Of a DNA stretch of 64,000 nucleotides, positions 52,434-62,402 are shown one piece after another (position 1 is the first letter of the stretch; every line of letters starts with the position of its first letter). This DNA comes from Anaerolineaceae bacterium UBA2260 (lineage in GTDB: Bacteria > Chloroflexota > Anaerolineae > Anaerolineales > Anaerolineaceae). The notes under the pieces are model-generated. The model ran no database searches and had not been told where the DNA came from. It worked only from the letters and a program-made list of their open reading frames with translations. The stretch is from assembly GCA_002347485.1 (NCBI GenBank), contig DDXM01000037.1, forward strand, positions 16,502 to 80,501, in the 5' to 3' direction. Made by a program: the position numbers and the translations under genes.

Positions 52434-55400
52434 ATGAGAAATAAGCGTCGCTCAAAATCATCTGCACTGATCAATTTGGTGAGCATTTTCTTGTTTTTAG
52501 CAGGATGGGTTGGTGGAAACCAGGTTCAGGCCGCAGACGCCGTGCGAATCGTTCAGCCACCAGTGGCCTCTGATGGGAAATTGGAAATCGTTCAGGGCAA
52601 CTTGATCCATCTCTCCACCACAACGGGGGAAAAGGTACTCTTTACATTGGGGGTTAAAAACCCGGTTGAATCCACGAACTACTCCTGGTCTGTTTTATAT
52701 CCCCCTGCCTTTGGCGTAACCTCACTCAGTGAATTGGAAGAAGCCGTGACAGGGACTTATTCACCCAATACCGGCTATAGCGGGCGCGATCATTTTGTGA
52801 TTGAGGTCCGTGATCAGTCAGGAAATAGCGGGCGGATCGGCGTCGCCATCGAGATCTCCTCTATAGCCAGTAGACATGAACCTTTTTTGATTGGTACTGG
52901 TGCGTTTTCATTATTCAAGGAGTCAGCTCGTCAAGACGTGCTTCATAATTCCTTTATAGGGTTCAACAACCCAGGCTCCAGCCAGAAGATACCTTCCATT
53001 GATCGATCCACTAAATCTTCCGATGAAATGGGCGATTTCACTGACTTTGAAAAAGTTGAGCTTTCAGAGGGAAGTGCTATCGAGAGGTTCGTTGTCAACA
53101 GCTCAAATACGCCCCCAACATCCTCAATTGAAAATGAAGTCGATCCAAATGCCCCCGCGATTTCAGTCAACACGGTGCTTCTGACCGAGGTCCCGCGTTT
53201 CACATGGGTCTTTGGCTCCGCGGCTGTTTCTGCGGCTATGATCGCCGGGTACTACGACCGCACCGGTTTCCCGGATATATATACGGGTCCAACCAATGGA
53301 GGGGTGGTCCCTTTGACAGATACCCTATGGGGGAGCTGGATGGATGGGGCGGGTGTGACATATCCCAACAACCCATTGGTGGCGAGCAGGAAAGGCGTGG
53401 ATGGACGCACTACGCGGGGGACGATCAATGATTATTGGGTAGAACACTTCAGCGATCTACCGGACCCTTACCTCACCAACAGCTGGACGGAGCATACCTG
53501 GGGAGACGCAATTGGTGATTACATGTACACGAGTCAATCGGCGTGGGGCAATCTTGATGGGAATACCACATTTTATGGCAGGTCTGAATCGCCATTGCCC
53601 TTCACGTGTAATGAGATTGAAGCTGGATACATGGAAGAGGATGGAACTCTCGGCATGAGGCATTTTTACGAAGCGCGCGGCTATGATGTTGGAGCCTGTT
53701 ATTTTCAATTCACGGATACTACCTACGCGGGTGGCTTCAGCCTCGAGCAATACAAGGCTGAGATCGACGCGGGGTTTCCGGTGATGATCCACCTAAGTGG
53801 AACAAGCAACCATAGTATTGTGGGGGTGGGGTACGAGGCTGGCACCAATACGATTTACATACACGATGCGTGGTTGAATTCAGTGAATTCAATGGATTGG
53901 GGTGGGTCATACCTGAACTTTACTATGCGCGCGGTCAGCATCGTTCATCCGGGATTGGCTGCGGTACCGGAAAATGACGCGATCACCACACCCATCCGGA
54001 TTACGACCCTGCCTTTTACGAATACCCAGGATACCTCTCTCGCCACCCGCGCAGCGGATGACCCTGCCCTCCTTGGGTGCGGCGAAGCCGCGGGTAAGGC
54101 GAGTGTGTGGTACAGGTACTCACCCATAGCCGATGGCATGCTTGACCTTGATACTTTTGGCAGCGATTATGACACGATGATCGGTGTTTGGTCCGGTGCG
54201 CCAGGCAGCCTGACCGAGGAAGCCTGTAACGACGATTTTGATGGCCGGCAATCCAAAGTTTTCCTACCGGTTAAGGGCGGAATTGACTATTACATAGGTA
54301 TTTCAGAATTCAAAGAACTTTTATCACCGACAACTATTTCTTCCGATAATGCCAACAAGGAAGCGGAAACGGCAGATCTTACCATCAATAAAGGCGGAAT
54401 GATGGTTCTGCATGCCAGCGACATGGTCACAACTGTTCCCCTGATGGAAGTCAATCCGCTCACTGATGAGGTCTGGGGTTATCGCCTGATGCCCTTGAGC
54501 GAGGTAACGTTGGCGATTGGCGCATTTTCGACCATCAGGACAGCAGATGCAAATGGCGAAGTGTATTTTGATCTTAACGGCGTTGTGGATATCATTCCAG
54601 GCACGGTTATCACGATCAATGATGGATATGGAAACGGGACACACACTGTAGCGATCCTGGCGTTTACCAGGGTGAGTGACTATGACAACATGGTTTGGGG
54701 GACAGCAGGGTATAACGTGAATCCGATCTATGTTTATGCCTGCAACGATCTATTTTGCGCGCGGGATACCACGGGAACACCTTTGGGCGATAATCGATGG
54801 CTGGCAGATTTTAATGATATTCCTTATGACCTGATGAGTGGAGACCAACTGATCGCAACGGTGCCCGATATTGCGGGAAATCAGACATTTGTGACCTGGC
54901 GAATTTCAGATCCATATATGTTCGTAGATCCTCAAGAGGATATAGTCTATGTATACGATTGGTTCGTAGAGGAATCAGATGACCTATTGTACTCACATGT
55001 GCTGGAGCTGCGTATAGATGGTACGTTAGTCGAATCACAGCGAACTGACCCAGCCCTGAATGCAGTATTTCCGAAAATTCCAGTGGATATTGTAACCGGG
55101 CAGTTGTTGGAGGTGAGGGAGGACTACAAGATTATTCAACACACGGTGAAGAAACTAAAGATCAAACTGATTGATCCGATTACAGACACAATCCAAGGTA
55201 AAGCCAGTCCGGGGAGCATTGTGGTTGTTGCAGCCAGTGATGCCGTTAATGAAAATGTTGATTATGTTTCAGTGACGACCAACGCGTCTGGGGTCTGGTT
55301 GGCTGATTTTTCCGGCAGGGTGGATCTCGCCCCGGGGTCTGTTGTTCAAGCGTATGTATTTGACCAGGATGGTAGCGCCACATGGGTCTCCGGTCATTTC

Positions 55401-56690
55401 CCCGTTCCGGCTTTGAGCGTTGACCCGGGCTTGGATAAGCTCAACGGTTGGGATTGGACCCCGCGTGGAACTGTAACGGTAGCGATTGGATCTTTCAATG
55501 GATCATTCTTCGTGGATCAGTATGGCAGGTTCAGCGCTGACCTGGCCGGGCAGTTCGACATCCAACCAGGGCAGGCTGTGGTGGTAAGCGATGGATTCAC
55601 AACAAAAACGCATGTGACCCGACACCTATCCATCAATGCAATCGATGACATAGACGAGATGATTACGGGGAATGCAGATCCTGACAGCCTGGTGACGGTG
55701 GTCGCGTTCGATGAGGTATCGAGTGGAACTGCATTGAGTGTAGGTGCAGATACGTTGGGAAATTGGCAGGCGGATTTTTATGGATTGGAGGATCTCACCC
55801 GGGAAACCTGGGGTTGGGTGGAGCAGGAGGATGAAGACGGCGATAGGACAGAGATTGGGTTTTCTATTCCCACTTGGCCAATTTTAAACGCGATCAACCC
55901 AACCTTCGCGGTGGTTGGTCAGCCAACCATGACCCTTTATGTAGAGGGAGAAAACTATACCCCAACCTCTGTTGTCCGAATAGGGGATGTGATTAAGCCA
56001 ACAATATTTATCAGCAGTCAATTGTTATCTATTGAATTGACGGATGATGAGCTGGCGACGCCTTACGATGTCAATATCTCGGTCTTCACGCCTCCCCCCG
56101 GTGGCGGGGGCAGCGGGATTGAACGCTTCAGCGTAATCGACATCAGCCCCGCTTACGGCGAGAAATTGACCACTGACTATGTGATATTTGATTGGGGGTA
56201 TATCCCTGCACCTGGGTACAAAATCCAGCTTTCCACAACACCTGATTTCAGTACTCTTTTGTTGAACGCGAAAACAACAGAACCGTACTTTGCGGATTAT
56301 GTAACCCCATTAACACGCGGGCAGACATACTACTGGCGAATTCGTCCTCTCGATTATTCTACAATACTACCCTGGTCCGAACCTATACACTTCTACGCCC
56401 GCGACCCCCTCACGACACCTGTGCTGGGCGCGACGGTCGTAAATGGATACTCGGTGACATTGAACTGGTCGCCGGTGGATGGCGCGGTGAAATACAAGCT
56501 ACAGGTCGCTAAAGATGATACTTTTGCCAACCTAATCTTCAACGCGCCGGTGCTCAGCCCGGATACAAGCAAATTACTCAATCTACCGGAAAAAACCAAA
56601 ACCTATTACTGGCGGGTACGGGCGATTGATGGGGTAAATAGTAAAAGTGCTTGGTCTGAACCTGGTCAATTTACTGTACCGGTTTATTGA
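52434..56690 (+). CDS. 1418-aa secreted multidomain surface protein (C39/papain-like domain lacking an obvious Cys nucleophile, Ig-like repeats, IPT/TIG-like domain, two FN3-like YYWR modules)
   Basis: The signal peptide reads KSSALINLVSIFLFLAGWVGGNQVQA. A peptidase-like segment reads FTWVFGSAAVSAAMIAGYYDRTG ... FPVMIHLSGTSNHSIVGVGYEAGTNTIYIHDAW. Four or more repeats of about 100 aa have the form G(K/N)A.P.S.V.V....A...G.W.ADF.G..D..PG..V (about 54.5-55.7 kb). An IPT-like segment reads INPTFAVVGQPTMTLYVEGENY. The terminal modules lie at 56133-56687 (TYYWRIRPLD..WSEPIHF and TYYWRVRAIDG..SAWSEPGQFTV). Confidence 0.75.
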   Translation: MRNKRRSKSSALINLVSIFLFLAGWVGGNQVQAADAVRIVQPPVASDGKLEIVQGNLIHLSTTTGEKVLFTLGVKNPVESTNYSWSVLYPPAFGVTSLSELEEAVTGTYSPNTGYSGRDHFVIEVRDQSGNSGRIGVAIEISSIASRHEPFLIGTGAFSLFKESARQDVLHNSFIGFNNPGSSQKIPSIDRSTKSSDEMGDFTDFEKVELSEGSAIERFVVNSSNTPPTSSIENEVDPNAPAISVNTVLLTEVPRFTWVFGSAAVSAAMIAGYYDRTGFPDIYTGPTNGGVVPLTDTLWGSWMDGAGVTYPNNPLVASRKGVDGRTTRGTINDYWVEHFSDLPDPYLTNSWTEHTWGDAIGDYMYTSQSAWGNLDGNTTFYGRSESPLPFTCNEIEAGYMEEDGTLGMRHFYEARGYDVGACYFQFTDTTYAGGFSLEQYKAEIDAGFPVMIHLSGTSNHSIVGVGYEAGTNTIYIHDAWLNSVNSMDWGGSYLNFTMRAVSIVHPGLAAVPENDAITTPIRITTLPFTNTQDTSLATRAADDPALLGCGEAAGKASVWYRYSPIADGMLDLDTFGSDYDTMIGVWSGAPGSLTEEACNDDFDGRQSKVFLPVKGGIDYYIGISEFKELLSPTTISSDNANKEAETADLTINKGGMMVLHASDMVTTVPLMEVNPLTDEVWGYRLMPLSEVTLAIGAFSTIRTADANGEVYFDLNGVVDIIPGTVITINDGYGNGTHTVAILAFTRVSDYDNMVWGTAGYNVNPIYVYACNDLFCARDTTGTPLGDNRWLADFNDIPYDLMSGDQLIATVPDIAGNQTFVTWRISDPYMFVDPQEDIVYVYDWFVEESDDLLYSHVLELRIDGTLVESQRTDPALNAVFPKIPVDIVTGQLLEVREDYKIIQHTVKKLKIKLIDPITDTIQGKASPGSIVVVAASDAVNENVDYVSVTTNASGVWLADFSGRVDLAPGSVVQAYVFDQDGSATWVSGHFPVPALSVDPGLDKLNGWDWTPRGTVTVAIGSFNGSFFVDQYGRFSADLAGQFDIQPGQAVVVSDGFTTKTHVTRHLSINAIDDIDEMITGNADPDSLVTVVAFDEVSSGTALSVGADTLGNWQADFYGLEDLTRETWGWVEQEDEDGDRTEIGFSIPTWPILNAINPTFAVVGQPTMTLYVEGENYTPTSVVRIGDVIKPTIFISSQLLSIELTDDELATPYDVNISVFTPPPGGGGSGIERFSVIDISPAYGEKLTTDYVIFDWGYIPAPGYKIQLSTTPDFSTLLLNAKTTEPYFADYVTPLTRGQTYYWRIRPLDYSTILPWSEPIHFYARDPLTTPVLGATVVNGYSVTLNWSPVDGAVKYKLQVAKDDTFANLIFNAPVLSPDTSKLLNLPEKTKTYYWRVRAIDGVNSKSAWSEPGQFTVPVY

Positions 56691-56840
56691 GGTAACTTTT
56701 CGGGAAAATTTGCCCATAAATTACAATGCTATGAAGATCTTTCGAAAATGCATTTTTGAAAGGCTGGTCACAGGATTAAATTTGTCAATTTTTAAAAAGT
56801 TATCCTAATTATTCGTCGATTTAATCCCAGGAGAGCAGGC

Positions 56841-58370
56841 ATGGAGTTTATGACATTCAATGACATGTTGCGGCGGGCGGCGTGGCGTTTGCCGGATCAC
56901 CAGTTCATCTATTGGTCTGACCATAATCGCAGCATCAGCTACGCACAGGGTGAGATGTACGCTACACAGGCTGCCGGCGCGCTGGCGGAGCTTGGCGTGA
57001 AAAAAGGTGATCGGGTGGGCATCTTCGCTCACAATGGGCTTGATTATGTCATTGCCATGTTTGGTATCTGGAAGCTTGGCGCTATTTCAGCCCATATCAG
57101 CGTGCTGCAAAAAGATAACCTTGCTTACTTCATCCAGGACTCCTCACCAAAGGTTCTCATATATACAGGAGACATGCACGAGTTCATCGCCCAGGTAAAG
57201 GCGAATGACCTTGGGGTTGAGCACTTCATTTGTTTTGATGGGAGGCGTGAGTTCGCGCATGGCTGGGGTGAGCTGTTGGAAGCTGCACCTCCACCTCCCG
57301 CAGTAAAGGTGAGTGACCTCGATGCCGCGCATCTCTCCTATACCTCCGGTTCGTCAGGGCCACCCAAGGGAGCGCTGCTTGCCCACGGGTACACCGCCCG
57401 CGCCACGCACACGATCGCCGAGCGGCTAAATTTATCCAGTGCAGACATTTCACTTGGTGTCACCTCGCTTTCCAGCTCCTTCCACCTGGTGGCGAACCTG
57501 CTGCCGGGTGTCCACCGCGCGATGTCGATTGGCGTACGCAAGGAGTGGAATCCATACGATGCCTGGCAGGAAATGGATGACCGCGGGGTCACCTTCTTCG
57601 CGGGAAATCCTCTTGTGTTGGGCGATTTGCTCAAAATCTCGCGTGAAAAAGGCGCGAAACCCGTTGGGCTTTCGCGCTGCATTTCAGGCGGCGCACCCCT
57701 GCCGCCAGATGTAAAGCTGGCATTCAGCAATGAATTCGATGTTCACATCGTCGAATCCTACGGTCAATCGGAACTGGGTGGTTTTGTTGCGCTCGGTTAC
57801 CCGCGGCGCGAAGCGGGCAAACGCTTTTACGCCATTGGCCCAGGTCTGCCGGACCGGGAGACCATTGTGGCTGATGAATGGGGGAACGAGGTACCTGTTG
57901 GTCAACCCGGCGAGTTGCTCATCCGTAATAACGTGATGGTTGGATACTGGAATCTGCCAGAAAAGACTGATAGTGTGATCCGTGATGGTTGGCTGCACAC
58001 TGGCGACATGGGCGTGATGGATGAGGAAGGCTATTTCACGTTACTTGGGCGCTGGTCAGAAAGAATCATCATTCGGGGCAAGGTGATCTTCCCGCGCTAC
58101 ATGGAGGAAGCACTGGTGAAACATCCAACCGTGCATTATTCCGGTGTGATCGCGCGTGAGGATCACGAATCAGGGCAGATCCCTTTGGGCATCGTTGAGC
58201 TTTACCCTGGTCAAACAGTTACACCCTTGGAGTTGCTTGAGCACTGCCATGCCATCCTTGGAGCTGAAAATTCTCCAAATGAGGTATTGATCATCGAACA
58301 TATGCCCATGACCCCGACTGGGAAAATCGGCAAGCAGGAGTTGATCCGCTTGTTCGGGAAACCTTACTAG
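56841..58370 (+). CDS. AMP-dependent synthetase/ligase (fatty-acyl/aryl-CoA ligase-like)
   Basis: LSYTSGSSGPPKGALL, GGAPLP, ESYGQSE, HTGDMGVMDEEGYFTLLGRWSERII and PMTPTGKIGK are the ANL superfamily core motifs. Confidence 0.85.
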   Translation: MEFMTFNDMLRRAAWRLPDHQFIYWSDHNRSISYAQGEMYATQAAGALAELGVKKGDRVGIFAHNGLDYVIAMFGIWKLGAISAHISVLQKDNLAYFIQDSSPKVLIYTGDMHEFIAQVKANDLGVEHFICFDGRREFAHGWGELLEAAPPPPAVKVSDLDAAHLSYTSGSSGPPKGALLAHGYTARATHTIAERLNLSSADISLGVTSLSSSFHLVANLLPGVHRAMSIGVRKEWNPYDAWQEMDDRGVTFFAGNPLVLGDLLKISREKGAKPVGLSRCISGGAPLPPDVKLAFSNEFDVHIVESYGQSELGGFVALGYPRREAGKRFYAIGPGLPDRETIVADEWGNEVPVGQPGELLIRNNVMVGYWNLPEKTDSVIRDGWLHTGDMGVMDEEGYFTLLGRWSERIIIRGKVIFPRYMEEALVKHPTVHYSGVIAREDHESGQIPLGIVELYPGQTVTPLELLEHCHAILGAENSPNEVLIIEHMPMTPTGKIGKQELIRLFGKPY

Positions 58371-58378
58371 AAAAAGAA

Positions 58379-58402
58379 ACTCGCGGATATTTCTCCGCGA
58401 GT
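58379..58402. terminator. Hairpin terminator between convergent genes
   Basis: ACTCGCGGA (58379-58387) pairs with TCCGCGAGT (58394-58402) around the loop TATTTC. It is followed by ATTAATTT. Confidence 0.55.
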
Positions 58403-58496
58403 ATTAATTTAAGAAAATCGGTTACTAAATTTCTGTGATCACGGCGTAGATATGCTTAAGTATCTATTCACCGGCCCGTTCAGAACGGCGGACTCG

Positions 58497-59081
58497 TTAT
58501 ACGTCCTTGCCAAGCGGAATGAGGCGATCCTCAATGAGGTTGTACTGGTCAGCGCAAGTGGGGCAAAAATAGCGGTTTTCCTTGAGCCGCTTGAGCTGAA
58601 TGCCGCACTGGCACATCCAGCCATGCAGGCGGGCAGGGTTGCCGTAGCACAAGCCGTAATCCGGGATATCCCTGGTCACCACTGCGCCTGCGCCGACAAA
58701 GCAATAATTCCCCAGGGTAACCCCGCATATGATCGTCGCGTTCGCCCCGATGGACGCGCCACGCTTCACCAGAGTGGGGCGGTACTCGTGCTTGCGGTTA
58801 ACGTGGCTGCGCGGGTTGAACACATTGGTGAAAACCATCGACGGACCCAGGAAGGCGTCGTCTTCGACAGTTACCCCGGTATAGATTGAGACATTGTTCT
58901 GAATCTTTACGTTGTTGCCGATCACGCAATAGGGAGAGATGAACACGTTCTGCCCGATATTGCAGTTATCACCAATTTGGGATGGTGCCATGATATGACA
59001 GAAGTGCCAGATCTTGGTTCCTTTGCCGATCCTGGCACCATCATCTATATAACTCGATTCATGAATAAAAAAATCATTCAT
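58497..59081 (-). CDS. Left-handed beta-helix N-acetyltransferase, WbpD/WlbB-like (UDP-2-acetamido-3-amino-2,3-dideoxy-glucuronate N-acetyltransferase type)
   Basis: IHESSYIDDGARIGKGTKIWHFCHIM...IGQNVFISP...KIQNNVSIYTGVTVEDDAFLGPSMVFTNVFNPRS...EYRPTLVKRGASIGANATIICGVTLG..AFVGAGAVVTRDVPDY is collinear with WbpD as I recall it. A Cys-rich C-terminal tail is also present. Confidence 0.8.
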   Translation of the reverse strand: MNDFFIHESSYIDDGARIGKGTKIWHFCHIMAPSQIGDNCNIGQNVFISPYCVIGNNVKIQNNVSIYTGVTVEDDAFLGPSMVFTNVFNPRSHVNRKHEYRPTLVKRGASIGANATIICGVTLGNYCFVGAGAVVTRDIPDYGLCYGNPARLHGWMCQCGIQLKRLKENRYFCPTCADQYNLIEDRLIPLGKDV

Positions 59082-59352
59082 TTTTCCCCCATAATGTGTT
59101 TAACAATGGAATCGATTTATTACGAAGCCTGTATGGTAGCCGCTGATTCGATGGGCGGTGGCTGTCAACTCCATCGTCATCGGTGAAGAACCGGTTATCG
59201 ATTGTAAACTGATCGAGCGAGCCAGCCGAATCATGAGGGCTCATAGCAGTAGCTAACCAACTGCTTGTAACCCGGTTACCTTTCAAATGTCTGGGTGCAA
59301 TGTACTTTATAACACCAATGAGTGCAAAGTTCTTCATATAGTTATCATTCAC
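59074..59352 (-). pseudogene. Truncated N-terminal remnant of a WbpB/WlbA-like Gfo/Idh/MocA oxidoreductase
   Basis: The first ~55 aa are KNFALIGVIKYIAPRHLKGNRVTSSWLATAMSPHDSAGSLDQFTIDNRFFT. They parallel the WbpB N-terminus (..KNFALIGAAGYIAPRH...DS.G..D......FFT). The glycine-rich dinucleotide loop is degenerate (GVIKY). The ORF ends after 92 aa, against about 310 aa expected, and overlaps the acetyltransferase start. Confidence 0.55.
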
Positions 59353-59635
59353 TTGATTTTATCCCCATCAATTAATTATTCACTTGAGAAAAACTTAACA
59401 AATTCTTTCGGATAATCTCCTCATGTTTAGAGGATCATCTGGTTGTGAGCCGTGGTGTCAGCTGAAAAAGGTATTCAATGGATTTGTTGTCGATGATGAT
59501 CAGAATTTCTTTCACGAATAATAACCCCGGGGTGAAAAGGAATGGGGGAAAACAAGATATAAATATTATTACGAATTTGGATGCGTCTTGTTCAAATATT
59601 TTACCACTTTCTAAGGTCAGAAACGCTGTTAACAC

Positions 59636-59666
59636 GCTGTTGAAATTGGCAGTAAATTTCAGCAGC
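59636..59666 (-). terminator. 12-bp hairpin downstream of the cysN fusion stop (weak T-tract)
   Basis: GCTGTTGAAATT (59636-59647) pairs with AATTTCAGCAGC (59655-59666) with one G.U pair and a 7-nt loop. It lies 21 nt beyond the stop on the minus strand and is not followed by a clear U-run. Confidence 0.3.
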
Positions 59667-59686
59667 GTTAGGTCTACTTAAAAAAT

Positions 59687-61504
59687 TTATGGGGTAAAGA
59701 GCACTCCGCGTTTTTGCAGTAGATGTTTTACCATCACGACGCCCTCATCCAGGCTTTCGCGATCCTTCAGGTGAATATCAAATTTGATATCCGTCGTTAC
59801 CTTGCCACCGACCCACACCACATTAACCATGTCCTTATCGATGACCGTTTCCAGTATATCGAGATCATCCTGGGTAAATTCGATGGCTGTGACGATGAGC
59901 AGCATGCCTGCATCGAGGAAAAGGTGTGAAACCTCTGCAAAACGGCGCACGTGTTCCCGCCAACCACCCGGCGCGTCATGGCGTTTCAGATCGGCGTTGA
60001 CGCCGTACAGCAGTGAGCCAATGCCCAGGTAATAAACGAATTTTCCGTCCTTGAACAATTGTTTTTCCAACTTGCGGGCTAGTGTCTTGCGTCCGGCATG
60101 TCGGGTACCGGTGATGACGACGATGGATGAGCGCTGGTTATACATTTCAGCTCGTTGTGCCATCGTCACATCAGAGGGGATCCATTTTAAGTTGCGTGTA
60201 TATACGTCCTCACGCAGCTCGGTATCTTCGTCTGTCAGCGCCTCAAGGACGATCCCGCCGCCGCGGATCTCATATTCATCCACCAGCACGAAGCGGCTCG
60301 TTTCAGGGAAGACTTCGGAGGTATCAAACGAGATTGGATGCGCCAACCGGAAAGTGACTTCAGCCACGTCATGATGGCCGATAATGGTGCGGTCATTCTG
60401 ATTCTTGTAATCGGAAGCATCAATCACCTTGTGGATGGCTTCCACTCGCACCTTTTCGTGTGAGGTACCCAGTTTGAAAATGTAGTCCTTGCCCATGCTG
60501 AGCGGTTGCTTGCCAAGCCAGAAAATGCTGGCGCGCAACCGTGAACTGACAAAAGGCGGAGTATCCTGCACGTGCGTGGCGATCTGTCCGCGGTTGACAT
60601 AGATCTGCTCGGCCATGGTAAATCCCACCGACTGGCCAGTCACTCTTGAGGTGATCTTTGGCGTATTGAAGGACTCGATGGTTTTAACTTTTGTGCGTTT
60701 GCCTGAAGGGTAAAAGACCAATTCGTCGCCAATTTTTAATTGACCACTGGCGATGCTCCCGGCTACGATTCGCCGTTTGTCTCCGTAATTGTTGAATTTA
60801 TACACATCCTGCACCGGGATGCGCAATGGCAAATCAACGAGTGGTTTTTCCTTGGAGAAGAGGTCGAGCGCGTCGAGCACAGTCGGGCCGGTGTGCCAGG
60901 CGAGTCGCGGGCTTGGGTTGACCACGCCATCGCCCTCGCGGCCACTGACAGGGATGTAATACATGGGTTGGATGCCCAAGTCTGCGAGGTAATGCCCGTA
61001 TTCGTCAACGATGGAGTTGAATACCTCCTCGCTGTAATTCACGAGGTCCATCTTATTGACTACCACCACGATCTTCTTGATGCCGAGCATACCCAGCAGA
61101 TAACCATGCCGGCGTGAATTTTCCTGCACGCCTTCCTCGGCATCGATGACCAGGATGGCGGCTTCAGCGTGCGAAGCACCGGTGACCATATTCTTGATGA
61201 ATTCAATGTGACCAGGGGCGTCAATGATGATGTAGTTGCGTTTCTTGGACTGGAAGAACACGCGCGCCGAGTCGATGGTGATGGACTGCGCCTGTTCATC
61301 CTTCAACGCGTCAATCAGGTAGGCAAATTCGAAAGGTTTTCCGCTCTTGAGGGTCTTTTCCCGGATCGCTTCAAGCTTGCCCTTGGGCAGTGAATTGGTA
61401 TCCGCCAGCAACCTCCCAATGATGGTGCTCTTGCCATGGTCAACGTGGCCGACCACGACCACGTGCATTTGTTCCTTCGCGAGGTCCATTCCGTTGTCTG
61501 CCAT
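59687..61504 (-). CDS. cysN: Sulfate adenylyltransferase subunit 1 (CysN GTPase) fused to a degenerate APS-kinase-like C-terminal domain
   Basis: The GTPase motifs are [14 protein letters not shown] and NKMD, with EF-Tu-like domains II and III. The C-terminal 147 aa align with the stand-alone CysC in this window. However, the P-loop is [10 protein letters not shown] instead of [10 protein letters not shown], and LGIGSLL replaces LDGDNIR. Confidence 0.88.
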   Translation of the reverse strand: MADNGMDLAKEQMHVVVVGHVDHGKSTIIGRLLADTNSLPKGKLEAIREKTLKSGKPFEFAYLIDALKDEQAQSITIDSARVFFQSKKRNYIIIDAPGHIEFIKNMVTGASHAEAAILVIDAEEGVQENSRRHGYLLGMLGIKKIVVVVNKMDLVNYSEEVFNSIVDEYGHYLADLGIQPMYYIPVSGREGDGVVNPSPRLAWHTGPTVLDALDLFSKEKPLVDLPLRIPVQDVYKFNNYGDKRRIVAGSIASGQLKIGDELVFYPSGKRTKVKTIESFNTPKITSRVTGQSVGFTMAEQIYVNRGQIATHVQDTPPFVSSRLRASIFWLGKQPLSMGKDYIFKLGTSHEKVRVEAIHKVIDASDYKNQNDRTIIGHHDVAEVTFRLAHPISFDTSEVFPETSRFVLVDEYEIRGGGIVLEALTDEDTELREDVYTRNLKWIPSDVTMAQRAEMYNQRSSIVVITGTRHAGRKTLARKLEKQLFKDGKFVYYLGIGSLLYGVNADLKRHDAPGGWREHVRRFAEVSHLFLDAGMLLIVTAIEFTQDDLDILETVIDKDMVNVVWVGGKVTTDIKFDIHLKDRESLDEGVVMVKHLLQKRGVLFTP

Positions 61505-62386
61505 TTACATGTATCCTTCTCTGCGCAGCGTTTCCAATCCGCCACCGTCGTCCTTGTCTTGCGCACGGCCTGAGCGCTCGGCGATATTGGCGAACTTGCC
61601 CACGCTCAACTCGTCGATGATCTCCTGCACTGTTCGGGCTGTGGACTCAACGGGGAATGTGCACGGGTAGCAGCCGAGTGAACGGTAGCGTTTCCCGTTT
61701 CCTTGGTTGTAATACAGGCTCACAGTAGGGATGTTCTCCGCCTGGATGTATTCCCAGATGTTCAGCTCCGTCCAATCAAGCAATGGATGAATGCGCACAT
61801 TGGTGCCTGGCGCGAAATCTGTCTTGTACTGGTTCCAGAATTCAGGCGGCTGTTCAGCGATATCCCATTCATTCTGCCGGTCGCGCGGTGAGAAATAACG
61901 CTCCTTGGAGCGCGAACCTTCTTCATCAGCACGCGCGCCAACGATAACGCCAGTGAACGGTTCGGGATTGATCTCTTCCTCGTAGCGGTCGGTATCGTGG
62001 TTGAAAATACGGCGCCGGCCTTCACCATTGAGGGTTTGGCGCAGCGCGTCGGTCTTGAGGAGTTTGCAGCAGGTTAAGCGGTCCACCGCGCCATCCGGGA
62101 AGGTACGTTTTGCTTCGAGCGCCTCACGATTCTCCCCGATCACCATGGTCAGTTTCATTTCGCGCACCAGGCGGTCGCGGTACTCGATCATTTCCGGGAT
62201 CTTATAATGGGTGTCGATGTGGATCAGGGGGAAGGGGACATGCCCAAAAAAGGCTTTACGTGCCAGCCAAAGCAACACGGTGCTGTCCTTACCCATTGAC
62301 CACAGCATCCCCAGATTTTTAAAATTCGCATAGGCTTCGCGCAGGATATAAACGCTGCGGTACTCGAGTTCTCGTAAATGATCCAT
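61505..62386 (-). CDS. cysD: Sulfate adenylyltransferase subunit 2
   Basis: [42 protein letters not shown]-like and CYPCT-like segments match the PAPS-reductase-fold CysD along the full length. The stop abuts the cysN start. Confidence 0.92.
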   Translation of the reverse strand: MDHLRELEYRSVYILREAYANFKNLGMLWSMGKDSTVLLWLARKAFFGHVPFPLIHIDTHYKIPEMIEYRDRLVREMKLTMVIGENREALEAKRTFPDGAVDRLTCCKLLKTDALRQTLNGEGRRRIFNHDTDRYEEEINPEPFTGVIVGARADEEGSRSKERYFSPRDRQNEWDIAEQPPEFWNQYKTDFAPGTNVRIHPLLDWTELNIWEYIQAENIPTVSLYYNQGNGKRYRSLGCYPCTFPVESTARTVQEIIDELSVGKFANIAERSGRAQDKDDGGGLETLRREGYM

Positions 62387-62402
62387 TGGTAATAGAATTC
62401 CC

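Noticed and set aside
59435-59681. Two overlapping ~65-aa ORFs on opposite strands in the AT-rich 59353-59686 spacer.
   Set aside because: They overlap each other and have no RBS or motif. The region more plausibly holds the cys-operon terminator and the promoter of the acetyltransferase unit. I could not recognise a small-RNA fold.
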